From positions 12,772,001-12,836,000 of the forward strand of contig OZ249452.1 in assembly GCA_965235115.1 (NCBI GenBank): 64,000 nucleotides of DNA. Direction: 5' to 3'. The notes under the pieces are model-generated. The model had not been told where the DNA came from. It saw only the letters and a program-made list of their open reading frames with translations, and did not search any database. Source of the stretch: Laetmonice hystrix (taxonomy: Eukaryota). A program made the translations under genes and the position numbers. How positions within the stretch are numbered: the first letter of the stretch is position 1; each line of letters opens with the position of its first letter. Of the stretch, positions 60,769-64,000 are shown piece after piece.

Positions 60769-63700
60769 GAACAACAACCAGATTGGCTGTGCATGAGGCT
60801 TTTCCCATCGAGTTCCGTGCTTCACATCTGTAATTGGCAGCGTCATCAGGGAATACACCTTTCAGGAACAATTCGCAATACCCGGTCTCTATGTCATATT
60901 TCATTGCTACCTGTGGTGACTCGTCTAACCTGGTATTGTACTTGTACCAGGTAACTTCAGGCATTGGGTTCCCAATGACAACACCTGAAAACAAGCAGTC
61001 CTCGCCTTCAGTAGCGACCTGAGGCTGAATGGTTGTGGTGAACTTTGGAGGCCTGTGATTGACAGTTTCATCCTTGGTTTCTGTCAATTCGACATGTTCT
61101 CTCGTCTTGCTCACCTCCTCTTGTGTTGAAGATTTCCTTTCCGTTGTCACTTCAGAGGAATCTTTTAAATCTGTCCTTGCCTCTTTTATGTGTTCCACTA
61201 CAATCTCTCTTGTGTCAGATTTCCTTTTTGTTTGGCTTCTCCTATCCTTGCTGACTGTCTCCTTCTCAGTTTTCACTATCGGAATGATTTTGAGCTTTGC
61301 CTGCTTAGCTTGCGGCTGGCCCTCTTGTATAGCAGGTTGGCCTGGAGTTTTCATCACGGCCACCTGGGAGTGTTTGCTGGGACGTTTCTTTCGTTCAAAG
61401 GTCTTTGAGGACTTCCTGACGATACACAGCTCGTCATCCTCAGTTTCTGTGAAGACTTCCTCAGCGTCAGACCAGGACTCGGTTCTGCGACTCCTCACCA
61501 CCGTCCTGTCTTGGAAAGAGGCTGTTTTGGAGGGATGCGGCGTGGTGGAGGTGGACTCAGTTTTGATAGCTTTGGGATAGTCAATCCTCACCTCCTCGTG
61601 GATTTCTTTAGGTCCGAGCACATCAACCATCATTCTCTCGGAGTGAGACTCGGTTGATCTCATAACTGTGTCATGTCTTACATCAGACTGGTCTGTTTGG
61701 TCTCTTGTGTATTTTTCCTCTCTGACTTCTTGAGCTGTTTCATGAGGGACCTGTATGGGAATCAGTCTGGAATCCCTGGGCAGTATCCCATGGGGTACAA
61801 GTTGCTGTGTGTGCCCTTGATCACTGATGACTGTGCTCTCAGAGCGGCTGGTGGTCGTGGTTGAACTGCTGACTGATTCACGCTTTTCTGAGGAAATCCG
61901 CGTCTCTTCTCTGGTCAGTTTCTCCAGTGGTCCTGTTTGGGAGAGCTGGATTGGAATGTGTCGTATTTCTCGTGGTGGTTTGATATAAGTAATGTTCATC
62001 TTGGATTTGGGTTTCCCTGGTATGCTGACAATCACACTTTCAGTGTAACTTGATGGTTCCCAATGCCTCTCATGGCTTGTCGATGATTTTCGGACAACTG
62101 TTTCCTCACTTACAAACTTTGATTCAATATCTGATTTCAAAACTGTTGAGTGATCATCACTTGTTCTTTGTTTACGGACTGATGCGGGGGAGTAAACAAT
62201 CGGTATCACCTTGAGTTCAGTCTGCCTGACTGGCAGGGTATAAAGGACCTGCACTTTCTGAGGTTTCCTGCCTGGTACATGTACAACCATGGTCTCAGAG
62301 TAAGAGTCATAGCTATCCTTGGCACCCTGGCCTGTTGTAACTTTCTTGTGCTCAGTCCTCTTCGTCTCAGTTCTTCTAGTTTCTGAGAACTGCGCTGGAA
62401 TACGTTGAGTGGGTATTGGGTGGTGGACCGGAATGTTGGTCTGTGGAGGTAGTGCTGCCACCTCAGAGATTGGTTCTCTCATAATTATAGTGTCTGGCGT
62501 ACTCACATCCATTGACTCAGCCCGGTCTATCCTGGGCTCTGTCCCAACGAGACGGGGTCTTAAACTCTGGGCCCCTACCGGTTCAACCGGTTGAACGTAC
62601 TCAGAGGGGATGTAGTACATTTCAGGTCCAGAACTGGTGATTGTTACATTGACATCTCTTTTTTCGACATACTTCACCTCTTCCACTTTATCCTCAAAAG
62701 AAACTGGGATTTCCTTTAGTGGAGGACTGACAGTCATCACAGCATGCTCCTCTGGGTTTTCAGAGACCTCCATGTTGATCGTGGCAAGCTGTTCAATTGG
62801 TAGTTTTGTCTCTTTTTTTGCCGAAAGTATCGCTTTAATTTCATCTTCTTCTGCTTCAGCCTCATCTGGTTCCCACAGAACCACCTCTTCAGTCACTTCA
62901 GAAACTTCGACATTCTTGGCCTCTGTGCATGGTTGAAGAACGATTTCAGATTCTTCTGAGGGGAAGCGGACCTCAAATGGAACGCCCTTATCGCCCTCAG
63001 TTTCTTCATACTCCGAGTCAGTTTGGACCTCGACATGGGACATCTTCTTGGGACGCTTTATAGAAATTCTTTCTGTGGGTTTGACTAAGACTGTCATCTG
63101 CTCCGTTCTTGGCTGGATTACCATGGTAACCCCATGGTCTACAGGAGGACCTTGAAGTGACCTTTGTTGAGTGGTTGTTACAGTTTCGTGTTTCTCCGTT
63201 TGCTTCTTCATTTCATAGCATTCATGGATTCGCATTGAGCCAGGGGCCCATGTTTCAAGTGTAGATGAAGTGTTGGTCAACTCAACCAGACGGGAGCCAC
63301 CTGGTCGTATGATCTGAATTTGTTTTGAGGACCTTTTCAAAGGCTCCTTTTTCATTACACCTTCCACGTCAGACTCTGGGTATTCCACCACCGGACCTTT
63401 TGTATCAGGGGCAAGTTTTGTCACCTTAATGTGCTCAACCGGGATTTTAGTCATTTTGCCTTCAACATCTGAATCAGGCTCTTCAACGATTGGATGGACT
63501 TTCAGATGCTGTTTTATCTGGCCTCTGACGTCTTCTGTTTGGGTTTCGCTGCTCGTGTAACCATCTTCTGATGGTTCGGTGACTCGTAGCACTGCCATGG
63601 TTGTCGCACGACCTGAATCATTTGTCGCGACACACTTAAACAATCCAGAGTCATCCACAAATGTCTCTGGTATACGAAGCTTGCACAGTCCTGTCCTCCG

Positions 63701-63876
63701 ATTATAACTTATACGATAGTATGGATTCTCCTCAACACAAGTGTCATCCTGGAACCAGGAAACCTCTGGAACTGGGTTTCCCTGTACGACACAGGTCAAG
63801 GAAATCTCTGTCCCATCTTTGGTCGTCACCGTCTCCATCTGCTCGATGAACGTCGGCAGGAACGTTCCGTCAGTCC
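60769..63876 (-). CDS. Exon (3108 nt, phase 1-1): Ig domain (~63580-63860), long unique linker, Ig domain (~60770-61050)
   Basis: Acceptor tctccag|GG at 63877-78; donor C|GTAAGT at 60763-68. Lies within the ORF-track 1046-aa ORF. Contains LTCVVQGNPVPEVSWF...DDSGLFKCVATN and GNPMPEVTWYK...DDAANYRCEARN. Confidence 0.92.
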
Positions 63877-64000
63877 CTGGAGATTTTTGTTCGCATGGCA
63901 AGAAAGAATCAGATTATAAGGCTCTGTTCTGATTAGGTGTACATCTAGAAAGTAGGCCATGCATTAGTTGAGTGACCTACCTCTAGGGTGCTGCCTCTAT

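Larger units (their letters stand above)
1371..63876 (-). other. Interior of a giant titin/connectin-like muscle gene (Ig I-set domains plus E/V/T/P-rich elastic segments); incomplete at both ends
   Basis: Twelve exons with AG/GT boundaries splice in frame (phases 1-1,1-2,2-1,1-1,1-1,1-1,1-0,0-1,1-1,1-1,1-1,1-1), totalling 46,251 nt = 15,417 codons. There are eight I-set Ig motifs (P.F...L / C.V.G.P.P.I.WY / D.G.Y.C.A.N..G). No start or stop exon of the main isoform was found in the window. The family call rests on architecture only; the orthologue was not identified. Confidence 0.88.

Overview
Animal (metazoan) genomic DNA with AT-rich introns. Almost the whole window is the interior of one giant minus-strand gene that runs off both ends. 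It is titin/connectin-like: I-set Ig domains are separated by very long E/V/T/P-rich elastic-type segments. I reconstructed 12 exons with canonical AG/GT boundaries whose phases chain in frame, totalling 46,251 nt (15,417 codons) with 8 Ig domains. The last three exons are giant and Ig-free (15.3, 10.6 and 5.2 kb) and are built largely from tandem coding repeats with units of 135, 138, 345 and 405 bp. A ~45-46 aa module recurs in five different exons. The introns contain a ~950-bp non-autonomous TIR transposon and several orphan phase-1 acceptor exons ending in stop codons, which are candidate Novex-3-like alternative terminal exons. The most striking non-coding signal is a set of mutually nested 13-17 bp inverted repeats at 48.5-50.0 kb. 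They predict a ~1.5-kb branched pre-mRNA structure whose outer helix pairs with the first bases of one candidate terminal exon. No rRNA, tRNA, CRISPR or prokaryotic features were seen. The organism and exact orthology cannot be determined from the sequence alone.
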